A stretch of 64,000 nucleotides of DNA from Syntrophus sp. (in: bacteria) (GTDB lineage: Bacteria; Desulfobacterota; Syntrophia; Syntrophales; UBA8958): positions 2,680-66,679 of the forward strand of contig JANXZC010000079.1 of the NCBI GenBank assembly GCA_025355725.1, read 5' to 3'. A program made the position numbers and the translations under genes. Positions 49,396-60,111 of this stretch are shown here, one piece after another (the stretch's first letter is position 1; each line of letters opens with the position of its first letter). A model generated the notes under the pieces. It had not been told where the DNA came from. It made no database searches and saw only the letters and a list, made by a program, of their open reading frames with translations.

Positions 49396-50145
49396 ATGGT
49401 CATTCTGAAGCAGCCGAGCGAAATAGAAAAGATCAGGGAGAGTAACGGTATTGTCGCGGAGATATTGGCGGAGCTGAAGGAAAAGGTACAGGAGGGTGTA
49501 ACCACTTTAGAGCTTGATCGTATTTCCGAGGAGTTGGTTTTAAAAAAAGGGGCAAAACCGGCCTTTAAGGGTTATCGAGGGTACCCCTTTTCCCTGTGTG
49601 CTTCGATAAATGAACAAGTGATCCATGGCCTTCCTTCACAGCGGGTGCTCACGGAGGGGGATATCGTCGGTCTGGATTTTGGGGTTTATTATCACGGATA
49701 TTATGGCGACGCAGCCCTGACGGTACCAGTAGGGAAGATTTCCAAAGAGGCGTCAATGCTCCTTAAAGCAACTGAGGAATCCCTTGATCGGGCAATTCAG
49801 GAGGCAACGGTCGGGAATCGGCTGGGTGATATTTCCGCAGCGGTGCAGAAACATGTCGAGGCGGAAGGCTTTTCAGTGGTCAGAGATTTTGTAGGCCATG
49901 GTATCGGTCGGAATCTCCATGAAGATCCGCAGATTCCCAACTATGGTATTAAGGGTAGAGGGGTGGCGTTGAAAGCGGGAATGGTACTGGCGATAGAGCC
50001 TATGGTTAATGCCGGAACCTATAAGGTCAGGATGTTGACTGACGGCTGGACTGCCGTGACGGCGGATGGTAGACTTTCCGCCCATTTTGAGCACACCATC
50101 GCTATTACTGATCACGGCCCGGAAATTTTAAGCCGGATGCAGTGA
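49396..50145 (+). CDS. map: Methionine aminopeptidase, type I
   Basis: Metal ligands lie in [26 protein letters not shown] and HFEHT. Confidence 0.95.
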   Translation: MVILKQPSEIEKIRESNGIVAEILAELKEKVQEGVTTLELDRISEELVLKKGAKPAFKGYRGYPFSLCASINEQVIHGLPSQRVLTEGDIVGLDFGVYYHGYYGDAALTVPVGKISKEASMLLKATEESLDRAIQEATVGNRLGDISAAVQKHVEAEGFSVVRDFVGHGIGRNLHEDPQIPNYGIKGRGVALKAGMVLAIEPMVNAGTYKVRMLTDGWTAVTADGRLSAHFEHTIAITDHGPEILSRMQ

Positions 50146-50182
50146 GCGGCGGTGGAGAGAGTCGTCGATCAGGGATATAATT

Positions 50183-50401
50183 ATGGCAAAAGAAGAGGCA
50201 ATAGAAGTCGAGGGGAAGGTAATTGAGCCCTTGCCCAATGCCATGTTCCGGGTAGAATTAGAAAACGGACACAGGGTTTTAGCCCATATATCCGGGAAAA
50301 TGCGGATGCATTTTATCAAGATACTTCCCGGAGACAGAGTAACAGTGGAGCTTTCCCCTTATGATCTGACCCGGGGGCGTATCATTTACCGGACAAAATA
50401 G
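50183..50401 (+). CDS. infA: Translation initiation factor IF-1
   Basis: [40 protein letters not shown]. Confidence 0.96.
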   Translation: MAKEEAIEVEGKVIEPLPNAMFRVELENGHRVLAHISGKMRMHFIKILPGDRVTVELSPYDLTRGRIIYRTK

Positions 50402-50455
50402 AGTACTGGAACCACGAAGACCGTGTCCTGATAAAAGACACAAGGAGTGAAGATA

Positions 50456-50569
50456 GTGAAAGTAAGAGCTTCGGTGAAAAAGATCTGCGATAAGTGTAAA
50501 ATCGTGAAAAGGAAGGGTATTCTCAGGATAATCTGTGAAAACCCCAAGCACAAGCAGCGACAGGGATAA
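50456..50569 (+). CDS. rpmJ: 50S ribosomal protein L36
   Basis: Not in the ORF track because it is only 37 aa. My translation from GTG 50456 is [43 protein letters not shown] lies at 50442-50447. Confidence 0.92.
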   Translation: MKVRASVKKICDKCKIVKRKGILRIICENPKHKQRQG

Positions 50570-50600
50570 AAAGCCCGTGGTTAGGTCAGGAGGTTAGACG

Positions 50601-50969
50601 GTGGCAAGAATTGCAGGGGTTGATTTACCAAAGAACAAGAGGATGGAAATAGCCTTGACTTATATCTACGGGATCGGTAGGACGAAGGCTCAGGAGATCT
50701 GCGTGAAGGCTGGTGTTGATGTTAACACGAAGACAGATCACCTTGCCGACGGTGAGATATCGGCTATAAGAAGCATTATCGATAAAGAGCATAAGGTAGA
50801 AGGAGATCTGCGACGGGAAATATCCATGGATCTGAAGCGGTTAATGGATCTTGGGACGTATCGTGGGTTGAGGCATCGAAAAGGTCTGCCGGTTAGAGGG
50901 CAGAGAAGCCACACCAATGCCCGGACGCGAAAAGGACCCAGACGAGCAATTGCAGGAAAGAAGAAGTAA
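50601..50969 (+). CDS. rpsM: 30S ribosomal protein S13
   Basis: [13 protein letters not shown]...[11 protein letters not shown] start. Confidence 0.96.
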   Translation: MARIAGVDLPKNKRMEIALTYIYGIGRTKAQEICVKAGVDVNTKTDHLADGEISAIRSIIDKEHKVEGDLRREISMDLKRLMDLGTYRGLRHRKGLPVRGQRSHTNARTRKGPRRAIAGKKK

Positions 50970-50981
50970 CGGGGAGGAAGC

Positions 50982-51374
50982 ATGGCGAGGCCGGCAAGAA
51001 AAACAGGAAAGAAAAAAGAGAAGAAGAATATCCCGGAGGGGGTTGCCCATATCCAGTCAACTTTCAACAACACCATTGTGACCATTACTGATCTCAGTGG
51101 TAATGTTATTTCGTGGTCGTCATCTGGTATTCAGGGATTCAAGGGCTCCCGAAAGAGCACTCCCTTTGCTGCCCAGATGGCTGCGGAAGACGCCGTAAAA
51201 AAAGCGAAGGAACACGGTTTAAGAAGCGTTCAGGTTTATGTAAAGGGGCCCGGCTCGGGACGTGAATCGGCCCTGCGGGCTCTTCAGCTCACGGGTCTCA
51301 ATATAACTCTGATTCGTGATGTTACCCCTATTCCGCATAACGGGTGTCGACCACCGAAACGGAGAAGGGTCTAG
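50982..51374 (+). CDS. rpsK: 30S ribosomal protein S11
   Basis: [20 protein letters not shown]...[18 protein letters not shown]. Confidence 0.96.
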   Translation: MARPARKTGKKKEKKNIPEGVAHIQSTFNNTIVTITDLSGNVISWSSSGIQGFKGSRKSTPFAAQMAAEDAVKKAKEHGLRSVQVYVKGPGSGRESALRALQLTGLNITLIRDVTPIPHNGCRPPKRRRV

Positions 51375-51418
51375 AAATTATCATTTCATTGCAGAGATTG
51401 GTTTAACGGGGAGGAACT

Positions 51419-52045
51419 TTGGCAAGATATCGAGAATCCGTATGCAGATTGTGCCGCAGGGAAGGCCTGAAATTGTTTCTTAAAGGCGACAGGTGTTACA
51501 GCGAGAAATGTGCCTTTGAACGTCGGGAATACGCACCGGGAGACCATGGTCAGATGAGAAAAAAACCTTCCGACTATGGTGTGCAGCTGCGGGCCAAACA
51601 GAAGCTCAAGAGGATGTATGGCCTCTTGGAAAAGCAATTCCACAGTTATTTCGAAAAAGCTGACCGGCAAAAAGGTATTACCGGGACAAACTTGCTGATC
51701 CTTTTAGAGAGAAGGTTAGACAACATGGTCTTCCGGATGGGATTTGCAAGCTCCCGGACGGAAGCGAGACAGTTGGTCAGGCATTATCATTTTTCAGTCA
51801 ATGGCAGAAAGGTCAATATTCCTTCTTATTTGGTCAAGGTGGGAGATGAGATCGAGGTTCGCGAAGGGAGCAGGAAGGTTTCCACTATTACCGAAGCCTT
51901 GGAATCGGTTGCCCGTCGCGGAGTACCTCAGTGGTTGGCCCTGGATAAAGGGAATTTCAAGGGCGCCGTCAGAATGTACCCCACCCGCGAAGAATTGACC
52001 ATGCCGGTTCAGGAACAGCTGGTCGTAGAGCTTTACTCAAAATAA
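51419..52045 (+). CDS. rpsD: 30S ribosomal protein S4
   Basis: [28 protein letters not shown] start. Confidence 0.95.
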   Translation: MARYRESVCRLCRREGLKLFLKGDRCYSEKCAFERREYAPGDHGQMRKKPSDYGVQLRAKQKLKRMYGLLEKQFHSYFEKADRQKGITGTNLLILLERRLDNMVFRMGFASSRTEARQLVRHYHFSVNGRKVNIPSYLVKVGDEIEVREGSRKVSTITEALESVARRGVPQWLALDKGNFKGAVRMYPTREELTMPVQEQLVVELYSK

Positions 52046-52089
52046 TGCTAATACTCCGGTAATATTGTGAAATAACCGGAACGGTAAGG

Positions 52090-53091
52090 ATGAAGACAAT
52101 GCAGCGAAACTGGCGAGGCTTAATACGACCAAAAAGGATAGAGATCGACGAGACAACCCATACACAGTATTATGGGGAATTCAGCTGTCAGCCCCTGGAA
52201 AGGGGTATGGGTATTACTTTGGGGAATGCCTTGAGGAGGACTCTTTTATCCTCGATTCAGGGAGCCTCTATAGTTTCCGTGCGTATCGACGGAGTTCTTC
52301 ATGAATTTTCCACCGTCCCCGGAGTCAAGGAAGATGTGACCGACATCATTCTGAATCTTAAGGGTGTGCGCGTGATGCTCCACCAGGATGGGCCGCGGGT
52401 CATTCGACTCGACACCTCTAAGGAAGGGGTTATCTCGGCCGGAGACATCGTTCATGACAGCACCGTGGAGATCCTCAATCCCGACCACTATCTTGCCACC
52501 CTTTCCGGAAACGCTTCCTTGAAAGCGGAAATGGTTGTCAAAATGGGACGTGGCTATGTGCAAGCGAAAAAGGAAAAGGATTTTGACCAGCCTGAGGGGA
52601 CCATTAACATTGACGCGATTTACTCGCCGATCAAGAAGGTCAATTATACTGTAACCCATGCGCGGGTGGGGCAAATTGCCGATTATGACCGGCTCGTACT
52701 TGAGGTATGGACTGATGGCAGTGTCCTTCCTGAAGATGCCGTGGCCTATGCCTCGAAGATATTGAAGGAGCAACTTGATATCTTCATCAACTTCAGTGAA
52801 GTAGAAGAGGAATTAGAACAACCCGAGATCGAGGAGAAGGATAATCTCAACGAACAGCTGCTACGGCATGTCGATGATTTGGAGTTGTCGGTACGATCAG
52901 CCAATTGCCTGAAGAATGCGGGAATCAATCTGATTGGAGAGCTGGTCCAGAAATCAGAAGCGGAAATGCTGAAGACAAAGAACTTCGGAAGAAAATCGCT
53001 CAATGAAATAAAAGAGATTCTTGCTGAGCAAGGATTGGGCTTTGGGATGAAGCTGGAATTTCCACCTTGGACTCTGCGGGAAGACAGTTAA
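52090..53091 (+). CDS. rpoA: DNA-directed RNA polymerase subunit alpha
   Basis: [15 protein letters not shown], plus a C-terminal domain with [21 protein letters not shown]. Confidence 0.96.
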   Translation: MKTMQRNWRGLIRPKRIEIDETTHTQYYGEFSCQPLERGMGITLGNALRRTLLSSIQGASIVSVRIDGVLHEFSTVPGVKEDVTDIILNLKGVRVMLHQDGPRVIRLDTSKEGVISAGDIVHDSTVEILNPDHYLATLSGNASLKAEMVVKMGRGYVQAKKEKDFDQPEGTINIDAIYSPIKKVNYTVTHARVGQIADYDRLVLEVWTDGSVLPEDAVAYASKILKEQLDIFINFSEVEEELEQPEIEEKDNLNEQLLRHVDDLELSVRSANCLKNAGINLIGELVQKSEAEMLKTKNFGRKSLNEIKEILAEQGLGFGMKLEFPPWTLREDS

Positions 53092-53154
53092 GAATATAAA
53101 GACAATAAGTCCACATAGGTAACGCTGGACATCAGATAGAGAGGACAAAGAACT

Positions 53155-53553
53155 ATGCGTCACGGTAAGGCGGGTTGCAAGCTGGGAAGGACATCAAGCC
53201 ACAGAACGGCTATGTTGAGAAACATGGTTACGTCCTTTATAGAGCATGAGTCAATCAGGACGACGGACAGTAAGGCAAAAGAACTTAAAAAAGTGGCCGA
53301 AAAGATGGTCACCCTGGGGAAAAGGGGCGATCTCCATGCCCGCAGGCAGGCACTGGCCTACGTACGCACCACTTCAATGGTAGCGAAGCTGTTTGATGAA
53401 CTGTCGACAAGGTATCGTGACCGGGCCGGAGGTTATACCAGGATTGTGAAAATCGGGTTTCGCAACGGAGACAATGCCCCTGAGTCCATTGTAGAATTTG
53501 TCAAAGACGCCGAAAAGGAAAAAACGAAGAAAAAAGCAGCCTCGGCAAAATAA
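53155..53553 (+). CDS. rplQ: 50S ribosomal protein L17
   Basis: [24 protein letters not shown]. Confidence 0.96.
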   Translation: MRHGKAGCKLGRTSSHRTAMLRNMVTSFIEHESIRTTDSKAKELKKVAEKMVTLGKRGDLHARRQALAYVRTTSMVAKLFDELSTRYRDRAGGYTRIVKIGFRNGDNAPESIVEFVKDAEKEKTKKKAASAK

Positions 53554-53596
53554 GGGCTAACAGATAAGTTGTCTCCAAGATAACTTTTATACCATG

Positions 53597-53628
53597 AAAA
53601 AAGGCAAGTCTTTGACTTGCCTTTTTTA
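53597..53628 (+). terminator. Rho-independent terminator ending the alpha operon
   Basis: aaaaAAGGCAAGTCtttGACTTGCCTTtttta: a 10-bp stem with a T run. Confidence 0.8.
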
Positions 53629-53712
53629 TTTGTTCTTGTCTTTTTCGATAAAAAAGTATAAAAGCACCACATTACTTCATCTGACAGTCATTTGGTGAAA
53701 GGAGGTATGATT

Positions 53713-53973
53713 ATGGCGGAAGAAAAGATCGGCGAGGTTGTAAAATTTTTTGCAAAACCTTCTGTGGCAGCGGTCAAGATTGTCAACGGCGAACTCAACG
53801 TCGGAGACACCATCAAGATTACCGGCCATACGACGGATGTTACTAGTTTTATAGATTCCATGGAGGTAAACAACGAGAAAGTGACGAAAGCAGTATCGGG
53901 GGATTATATCGGTATCAAGGTATCAGACCGTGTCCGCCCCGGCGACGAGGTTTTCAGGGTGATTCCTGATTGA
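53713..53973 (+). CDS. Small EF-Tu-domain-II-like beta-barrel protein (translation elongation factor-like)
   Basis: 86 aa. The pattern KIGEVVKFF..PSVAAVKIVNGELNVGDTIKITG....V.SME......V..A..GD.IGIKV......GDEVF resembles GTP_EFTU_D2. ATG at 53713 is 7 nt after AAAGGAGG. Confidence 0.55.
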   Translation: MAEEKIGEVVKFFAKPSVAAVKIVNGELNVGDTIKITGHTTDVTSFIDSMEVNNEKVTKAVSGDYIGIKVSDRVRPGDEVFRVIPD

Positions 53974-54053
53974 TCTGAAACACCCATATTCCTAATTGAT
54001 CTAAGCCATTGATTTTCATATTTTATTGCGAATCCATGGCTTTTTCTATATTC

Positions 54054-55343
54054 ATGATGACACAATGGAATCCTTATACATACCTGAACGGGCTTGAGAA
54101 AATGGGAATCCGCATGGACCTCGACGCTGTCAGGAAGATCCTGAAAGTGCTGGGAAATCCGGAAAGAGACTATCCATCAATCCTCATTGCCGGCACCAAT
54201 GGTAAAGGCTCGGTTGCGGCGATGACAGCTTCCATTCTCAGCGCGGGAGGCTTTTCCGTCGGCCTTTATACCTCTCCGCATCTAATTGATGTACGGGAAC
54301 GAATCCGGATCGGCAACGTGATGATTCCGGAACGGGACTTTTGGGAAACCACGCGGGATGTTGATGGTCATCTTACGGAGCCGCTGACATATTTTGAGTT
54401 CATGACCGTGCTGGCCTTCCACTATTTTCGACAAAAAAAAATTGACATTGCAGTGGTGGAAGTAGGTATGGGCGGAAGACTCGATGCAACCCATGCTATT
54501 GAACCATCCGTGGCAGTTGTTACTCACATAGCCTTGGACCATCAGGAGTATTTAGGGAAGCGCTTAAAGGATATTGCCGGAGAAAAGTCGGCAATCATCC
54601 CGAAACAAGGCATTTGCATCACCGGGGTTCGACAGCTGTCGGCCCGGCAAGTAATAGTGGACACTTGCCGGGAAAGGGAGTCGGCCCTCCTGAGGATCGG
54701 TGGGGAAATTACGGTCTTACGGCATCGGGACGGAGCATTTTCTTACCGGAGTCCGGCCCATGCCTATCCACGCCTCCGCTGTGGCCTTGTCGGGGCCCAT
54801 CAGCAGATAAACGCCGCCTTAGCCGTAGCCTCCGTGGAGGCAATGGCTGTTAGAGGTTTCACTGTTAATGAGGAGGCTGTTCGGGAGGGATTGGGCAGTG
54901 TGAGATGGGAGGGACGCCTGGAAGTATTGCAGAAAGCCCCGGTCCTGCTCCTGGACGGCGCTCACAACCCTGCGGGGATCGGATCGCTATGCCGTGCCCT
55001 TAGGGATAGGTTTACTTTCCGCCGCCTTATAGTCTTGTTCGGGGTCCTCCGGGACAAGCATTATCCCGACATGATCAGAAGGCTGTCGGGTTTCAATCCC
55101 CTGATGATTCTGACGCAGCCGCCAAGCGAACGTTCCATGCCTCCGGAGGAACTTCTACCGCTTGCCCGGGGCTTTCTCCAAAGGGCAGAAATAATACCTT
55201 CCCCTGTAGATGCCCTCAAATACGCCTTCTCCCTTGCGGGTGAGGACGATCTGATCTGCGTCACCGGTTCCCTCTATCTGGTCGGTGAAATAAAAAAAAC
55301 TTTCCCTTCCATGGGAACCATGATAGCGGCGGAGGGGAAATGA
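54054..55343 (+). CDS. folC: Bifunctional folylpolyglutamate synthase / dihydrofolate synthase
   Basis: Mur-ligase P-loop IAGTNGKGS, plus FEFMTVLAFHYF and LLDGAHNPAG. The start is ambiguous over 54009-54057. Confidence 0.88.
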   Translation: MMTQWNPYTYLNGLEKMGIRMDLDAVRKILKVLGNPERDYPSILIAGTNGKGSVAAMTASILSAGGFSVGLYTSPHLIDVRERIRIGNVMIPERDFWETTRDVDGHLTEPLTYFEFMTVLAFHYFRQKKIDIAVVEVGMGGRLDATHAIEPSVAVVTHIALDHQEYLGKRLKDIAGEKSAIIPKQGICITGVRQLSARQVIVDTCRERESALLRIGGEITVLRHRDGAFSYRSPAHAYPRLRCGLVGAHQQINAALAVASVEAMAVRGFTVNEEAVREGLGSVRWEGRLEVLQKAPVLLLDGAHNPAGIGSLCRALRDRFTFRRLIVLFGVLRDKHYPDMIRRLSGFNPLMILTQPPSERSMPPEELLPLARGFLQRAEIIPSPVDALKYAFSLAGEDDLICVTGSLYLVGEIKKTFPSMGTMIAAEGK

Positions 55344-57961
55344 TCATGCAGGATAAACAGACAAAATGGACCATCTTTGCGGAAAGGCTTATGAAGCTTT
55401 CGAAATTCCTTGCGTGCTTCGCCATGGTCTTAGTGTTTTTTACCCCCGCAGCTATCGTCTTCGGAGATGAAATCACGTCCTGTCAGGGGGTTGTGCACGA
55501 CCAGCAGGGGAATCCTTTGGCCGGGGTTTTCGTTGAACTGAAGGACGAGCCCTACACGCTGATCGTTACCGGTCCTGATGGGGCATTTCTCCTGCTGGAC
55601 CTCCCCGTCGAGAAGCCACTTTCAATGTCTGTTCATAAGGAAGGCTACTTTCCGGTTTTTGAGACATTTTCCCCTCGGGCGGGAGAAAAAAATGTCAAAG
55701 TGCTGGTACTATCCGTCCTGCCCCCAGAGCCGCTTCAGGCGGAGACAGTTGCCGCTGGCATAGGACAGCGGCAACCTGTACACATTGAGGCGGATTCTCT
55801 GAGCTATGAGCAGGATACCGACACCTATCATGCCGAAGGAGAGGTTATAATCCGTTACGCCGGAAACATCCTTACATCTGATTCCGCTGCCCTCAACAGC
55901 AAGACAGACGAGGCGTTTGCCCAGGGACAGGTAGTCCTTAAAAGCAAGCAGGACGTCATGTCGGGATCACGGATGAAGATGCATATGCCATCGCAAACGG
56001 GCGTTCTTGAAGAGGGGCAGGTTTTTATTGCGGAGACGCATTTTTACATTAAAGGCGATCTAATTGAAAAAAGGGGAGAAGCCACTTATCATGTGGTAAA
56101 TGGCCAGGCCACAACCTGTGACGGAGATGCGCCGGATTGGCGCCTTACGGGCAAAACCATGAACGTTACTACCGATGGGTATGGGACAGTCACTCACGGC
56201 CAATTTTATGCAGGGAAGGCGCCGGTGATCTACACGCCTTTTTTACTTTTTCCCGCTAAGACGGAACGCCAGTCGGGCTTTCTCTTTCCCCACCGCATGA
56301 GTTATTCACAAGATAAGCTCGGTTGGGACTTGGGTATCCCTTTTTTTTGGGCCATTTCTAAGGATATGGATGCCACCTTTTACCAGCGTTACATGAGCGA
56401 GCGGGGATTTCAGGAAGGGGCGGAGTTCCGCTATGCCACCAATTCAACAAAGGGCGTCCTCTATGGTGATTTCCTCAATGACAGCAAGAAGATTACGGAA
56501 ACCTCGGGCAATTTAAGCCGGGACTGGCAGACTAACCAGCAGCGATGGTCTCTTTACTGGAACCAGGAGACGAGCTTTGACCCGACCTTCTATTTCCGGT
56601 CCGATGTGGCCAAGGTGTCGGACAACTGGTATTTAAAGGATTTCACCTCTTATAACTACTTCCTCGCCAATTATTCCCTCGACCAGACCAATCCTTTTAA
56701 AAGGGTTGCCTTCGTTGGCGATGAAGCGCTCCCTTCCCTCGTTTCTACCCTCCGCCTGGTCAAGAGCTGGAAGCTGTTCAATCTAACTGCCCTGGTGCAA
56801 GATACAAAAGATTTAACTGTTGCCTCCAACGACGGAACCCTCCAGAAATATCCGGAGGTGACCCTCACCGGGGCCAAGGCCCCTCTCTTCGGTTCCCCCG
56901 TGAATTATGAAATTGCCTCGATCTATGATTATTTTTATCGTGGTGTTGGCCAGAAGGGACAATCCCTGGACATCAATCCCACCCTTACTCTACCTTTTAA
57001 CGCGGGCGATTATTTTCAGTTGACTCCTTTTGGCGGCGTACAGGGAACCTTTTGGTGGCGGGATGATAATGTTGATGATGGCCTGGCGAAGATGGGGGAC
57101 CGGGAGATATACAGGGTCGGCGCCAATCTGACCTCGGAAATTCACCGGGTCTTCAACATCGGCGGCGTGGGCCTGAACAGGATCCGCCACGGTATTCAGC
57201 CCGAGGTTACATATATGTACGTTCCTCATCCTCGGGAAAACAGCTTACCGAATTATGTCGGCTCCCTTGCATACGTTCCCAATACCCTGCAGACCCTTCA
57301 GAGCGGTATGCCGAATTATGCCGCTGCGGTTACTGAACAGAATACCGTGACCTACGGACTGACCAACACTTTGACTGCCAAGTATCTCGATAAGGCCGGC
57401 AATGCGATGTATCGAGAGTTTTTACGATTCAAGTTGTCCCAGGCTTATGACATCAAGGCGGCTGCTGCGGATACGCTCCCGTTAGGGACGGAGAGGCAGA
57501 CCTTCAGCAATATTGCCCTGGAGCTCGACTTCAAGCCGGTGACATATTTTTCTTTTTCCGCTCGGAATCAATACAGCGTTTATACCATGAACTGGTACCA
57601 GGCCAACTATGACCTGGGCGTAAGCGATTGGCGAGGTGATACTGCCAATGTTATTTATCGTTATACCCAGACTACCGGGACTATCCAAAATGCCCAGACT
57701 AATCAAATTACCCAGAATGGTATCGAAGAGATCAATCTGCTGTTGGCGGCTCCGGTAACGAAGAGTTTGGCTCTCAACCTTAACTTTAAACGGGATCTGC
57801 TGAATGGGAGAAACATTGAAACCACTTATGGGTTCACTTACAAACGGCAATGCTGGAACGTTGGCTTCAAATATGGGGTTCGGAACACCATAGATACGAA
57901 TGGCGTGGTTAAGCCCGATGATACAATCTATGAATTTCAATTTGCCATCGCTGGTCTATGA
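55340..57961 (+). CDS. lptD: LPS-assembly outer-membrane protein LptD (OstA family) with an N-terminal carboxypeptidase-regulatory-like domain
   Basis: OstA_N-like IEADSLSYEQDTDTYHAEGEVIIRYAGNILTSDSAAL and a large beta-barrel region ending in an aromatic-rich C-terminus. Residues about 45-110 (GVVHDQQGNPLAGVFVEL...TGPDGAFLLLDLP...SVHKEGYFP) look like CarboxypepD_reg. The signal-peptide start is more likely ATG 55391 (MKLSKFLACFAMVLVFF). Confidence 0.8.
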   Translation: MIMQDKQTKWTIFAERLMKLSKFLACFAMVLVFFTPAAIVFGDEITSCQGVVHDQQGNPLAGVFVELKDEPYTLIVTGPDGAFLLLDLPVEKPLSMSVHKEGYFPVFETFSPRAGEKNVKVLVLSVLPPEPLQAETVAAGIGQRQPVHIEADSLSYEQDTDTYHAEGEVIIRYAGNILTSDSAALNSKTDEAFAQGQVVLKSKQDVMSGSRMKMHMPSQTGVLEEGQVFIAETHFYIKGDLIEKRGEATYHVVNGQATTCDGDAPDWRLTGKTMNVTTDGYGTVTHGQFYAGKAPVIYTPFLLFPAKTERQSGFLFPHRMSYSQDKLGWDLGIPFFWAISKDMDATFYQRYMSERGFQEGAEFRYATNSTKGVLYGDFLNDSKKITETSGNLSRDWQTNQQRWSLYWNQETSFDPTFYFRSDVAKVSDNWYLKDFTSYNYFLANYSLDQTNPFKRVAFVGDEALPSLVSTLRLVKSWKLFNLTALVQDTKDLTVASNDGTLQKYPEVTLTGAKAPLFGSPVNYEIASIYDYFYRGVGQKGQSLDINPTLTLPFNAGDYFQLTPFGGVQGTFWWRDDNVDDGLAKMGDREIYRVGANLTSEIHRVFNIGGVGLNRIRHGIQPEVTYMYVPHPRENSLPNYVGSLAYVPNTLQTLQSGMPNYAAAVTEQNTVTYGLTNTLTAKYLDKAGNAMYREFLRFKLSQAYDIKAAAADTLPLGTERQTFSNIALELDFKPVTYFSFSARNQYSVYTMNWYQANYDLGVSDWRGDTANVIYRYTQTTGTIQNAQTNQITQNGIEEINLLLAAPVTKSLALNLNFKRDLLNGRNIETTYGFTYKRQCWNVGFKYGVRNTIDTNGVVKPDDTIYEFQFAIAGL

Positions 57962-57998
57962 AAATATGCCCTGTTAATGTTAACTCCTTCGCAAAAAG

Positions 57999-58048
57999 GC
58001 CGGAATTTTCCTCCCTTTTTGACGGGGGAGGTGGGAAACCGGTTTTTT
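57999..58048 (+). terminator. Rho-independent terminator after lptD
   Basis: A long imperfect hairpin (GGCCGGaattttCCTCCCtttttgacGGGGGAGGtgggaaaCCGG) followed by T6. Confidence 0.6.
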
Positions 58049-58082
58049 GTGAGTTCATAAGGATTGTTGCTTAGGATTTCCC

Positions 58083-58111
58083 TTGACAAACGAGGGGAAA
58101 TTGCGTAGCCT
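58083..58111 (+). promoter_or_regulatory. Possible sigma-70 promoter for rplM-rpsI
   Basis: TTGACA (58083-58088), a 17-nt spacer, then TAGCCT. The -10 element is weak. Confidence 0.3.
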
Positions 58112-58145
58112 CCCCTTCTAATTTTTAGAATCTGGTGAGTTGGAA

Positions 58146-58574
58146 ATGAAGACCTTCAATGTTAAAAAAGAAGAGATTGTCAAAGACTGGTGTGTTGTAG
58201 ATGCTCAGGGAAAGATTTTGGGAAGACTGGCTAGCGAGATCGCCAGCCGCCTCCGGGGAAAACATAAACCTATCTACACTCCCCACCTTGATACAGGGGA
58301 TTTTGTGATTGTGGTCAATGCCGAAAAGATTCAACTGACGGGGAAAAAGCTCGCAGACAAGATCTATTACCGTCACTCGGGTTACCCAGGTGGACTGACG
58401 GAGACTCCGGCGGGAAAACTCCTCCAGGAGAAACCGGAAGATGTCTTGAAAATAGCCGTGAAGGGAATGCTTCCGAAGAACACCTTGGGACGGGCGATGC
58501 TCAAAAAACTGAAAATTTACAAAGGGCCGGAACATCCCCATGATGCCCAGTGTCCGAGAGTACTTGAATTGTAA
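58146..58574 (+). CDS. rplM: 50S ribosomal protein L13
   Basis: [39 protein letters not shown]. Confidence 0.95.
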   Translation: MKTFNVKKEEIVKDWCVVDAQGKILGRLASEIASRLRGKHKPIYTPHLDTGDFVIVVNAEKIQLTGKKLADKIYYRHSGYPGGLTETPAGKLLQEKPEDVLKIAVKGMLPKNTLGRAMLKKLKIYKGPEHPHDAQCPRVLEL

Positions 58575-58601
58575 GACAGAGCTGAAGGAGTAACAAAAGA
58601 G

Positions 58602-59000
58602 ATGGGTGCCACAGAAAAGCGTTTTTATGCAACAGGAAAAAGAAAAACTGCCGTAGCCAGGGTTTACATGAAGCCAGGGTCGGGTGTGCTGGTCATCAAC
58701 AAAAGAAATTTTGACGATTATTTCACTCGGGACAGCCTGAAAATGATCATCCAGCAGCCCTTGGAATTGGTGGGAAGAAAAGATCAGTTCGATTTGTTTA
58801 TTAATGTTAAGGGCGGCGGTATCTCCGGTCAGGCGGGCGCCATTAAGCATGGCATATCGAAAGCACTGGTCGAGTACGACCTGGACCTGCGACCTGCCCT
58901 TAAGCGGGCCGGATTTCTAACCCGGGATGCACGGATCAAGGAGAGAAAGAAATACGGTCAGCCCGGGGCAAGGAAACGATTCCAGTTTTCTAAACGATAA
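58602..59000 (+). CDS. rpsI: 30S ribosomal protein S9
   Basis: [13 protein letters not shown]...[19 protein letters not shown]...[16 protein letters not shown]. Confidence 0.96.
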   Translation: MGATEKRFYATGKRKTAVARVYMKPGSGVLVINKRNFDDYFTRDSLKMIIQQPLELVGRKDQFDLFINVKGGGISGQAGAIKHGISKALVEYDLDLRPALKRAGFLTRDARIKERKKYGQPGARKRFQFSKR

Positions 59001-59005
59001 TGACC

Positions 59006-59033
59006 GAGGGGGGCTTAGGCCTCCCTTTTTTTT
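59006..59033 (+). terminator. Rho-independent terminator after rpsI
   Basis: GGGGGGCttagGCCTCCC (one G-U pair) followed by T8. Confidence 0.6.
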
Positions 59034-59044
59034 GGAGGCGCAGG

Positions 59045-60082
59045 ATGGTCAGGGTCGGGGTCTATGGAGCCAGTGGCTACACGGGACAGGAACTTCTGCG
59101 GTTGCTGCTCCGGCATTCGGCTGTGGAGGTGGTTGCCGTCACGTCGCGTCGCTATGCGGGTCAGTCGGTGGCCGATGTTTATCCCGGTTTTGCCGGATTG
59201 ACGGACTTGATGTTCATGGACGCTTCCCCTGAGGAGGTGGCCGCGAAATGTGAACATGTCTTCCTGGCCCTGCCCCATGCGGTATCCATGAGCGTCGCCC
59301 CCCTTTTCCTTCGGTTTGGCAAGAAGGTCGTCGATTTGAGCGCCGATTTCCGTCTCCGCAGTGCCGATACCTATGCAGCTTGGTATGGCCCTCACACTGC
59401 CCCTGATCTCCTCAGGGAGGCCGTTTATGGCATTCCCGAGATATATCGGGAACAGATCAGGGCGGCGCGCATTGTGGCCAATCCCGGCTGCTATCCCACC
59501 AGCATCATTCTCGGGCTGGCACCGCTGCTTAAAGAAGGCTGGATTGACCCGTCCTCCATCATCGCCGATTCCAAGTCCGGGGTGAGCGGCGCCGGACGGG
59601 AACCGCAGGTTGCCTCTCTCTACTGCGAAGTTGCTGAGGCCTTCAAGGCCTATAAAGTTGCTCAGCACCGTCATACCCCGGAGATTGAGCAGGAATTAGG
59701 CGTACTTGCCGGCCGGGAACTACGGATTTCCTTTACCCCCCATCTGCTGCCAATCTCCCGAGGGATCCTCAGTACAATTTATGCTTCCTTATCGGAAAAG
59801 GCTGCCCCCAAGGCTGTCCATGAACTTTATGAGGTCTTTTACAAAGACGAATCATTTGTCAGGATATATAAAAAAGGGGCTTATCCCAATATTTCTTCGG
59901 TTCGGGGCGCCAATTACTGTGATATCGGCATCGCCGTCGATGATCGGACGGGAAGGATCATCGTGATCTCTGCCATCGATAATCTCGTCAAAGGGGCTGC
60001 GGGTCAGGCGATACAGAATATGAATATCATGTGGGAGATGAAGGAAAACCTCGGTCTGGAGATGATTTCCCTTTATCCCTGA
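59045..60082 (+). CDS. argC: N-acetyl-gamma-glutamyl-phosphate reductase
   Basis: VGVYGASGYTGQELLRLL and the active-site region ANPGCYPTS. ATG at 59045; the track ORF begins at 59000. Confidence 0.93.
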   Translation: MVRVGVYGASGYTGQELLRLLLRHSAVEVVAVTSRRYAGQSVADVYPGFAGLTDLMFMDASPEEVAAKCEHVFLALPHAVSMSVAPLFLRFGKKVVDLSADFRLRSADTYAAWYGPHTAPDLLREAVYGIPEIYREQIRAARIVANPGCYPTSIILGLAPLLKEGWIDPSSIIADSKSGVSGAGREPQVASLYCEVAEAFKAYKVAQHRHTPEIEQELGVLAGRELRISFTPHLLPISRGILSTIYASLSEKAAPKAVHELYEVFYKDESFVRIYKKGAYPNISSVRGANYCDIGIAVDDRTGRIIVISAIDNLVKGAAGQAIQNMNIMWEMKENLGLEMISLYP

Positions 60083-60111
60083 TGGTTCAATAGTTTTTTA
60101 AGGGGACATAT

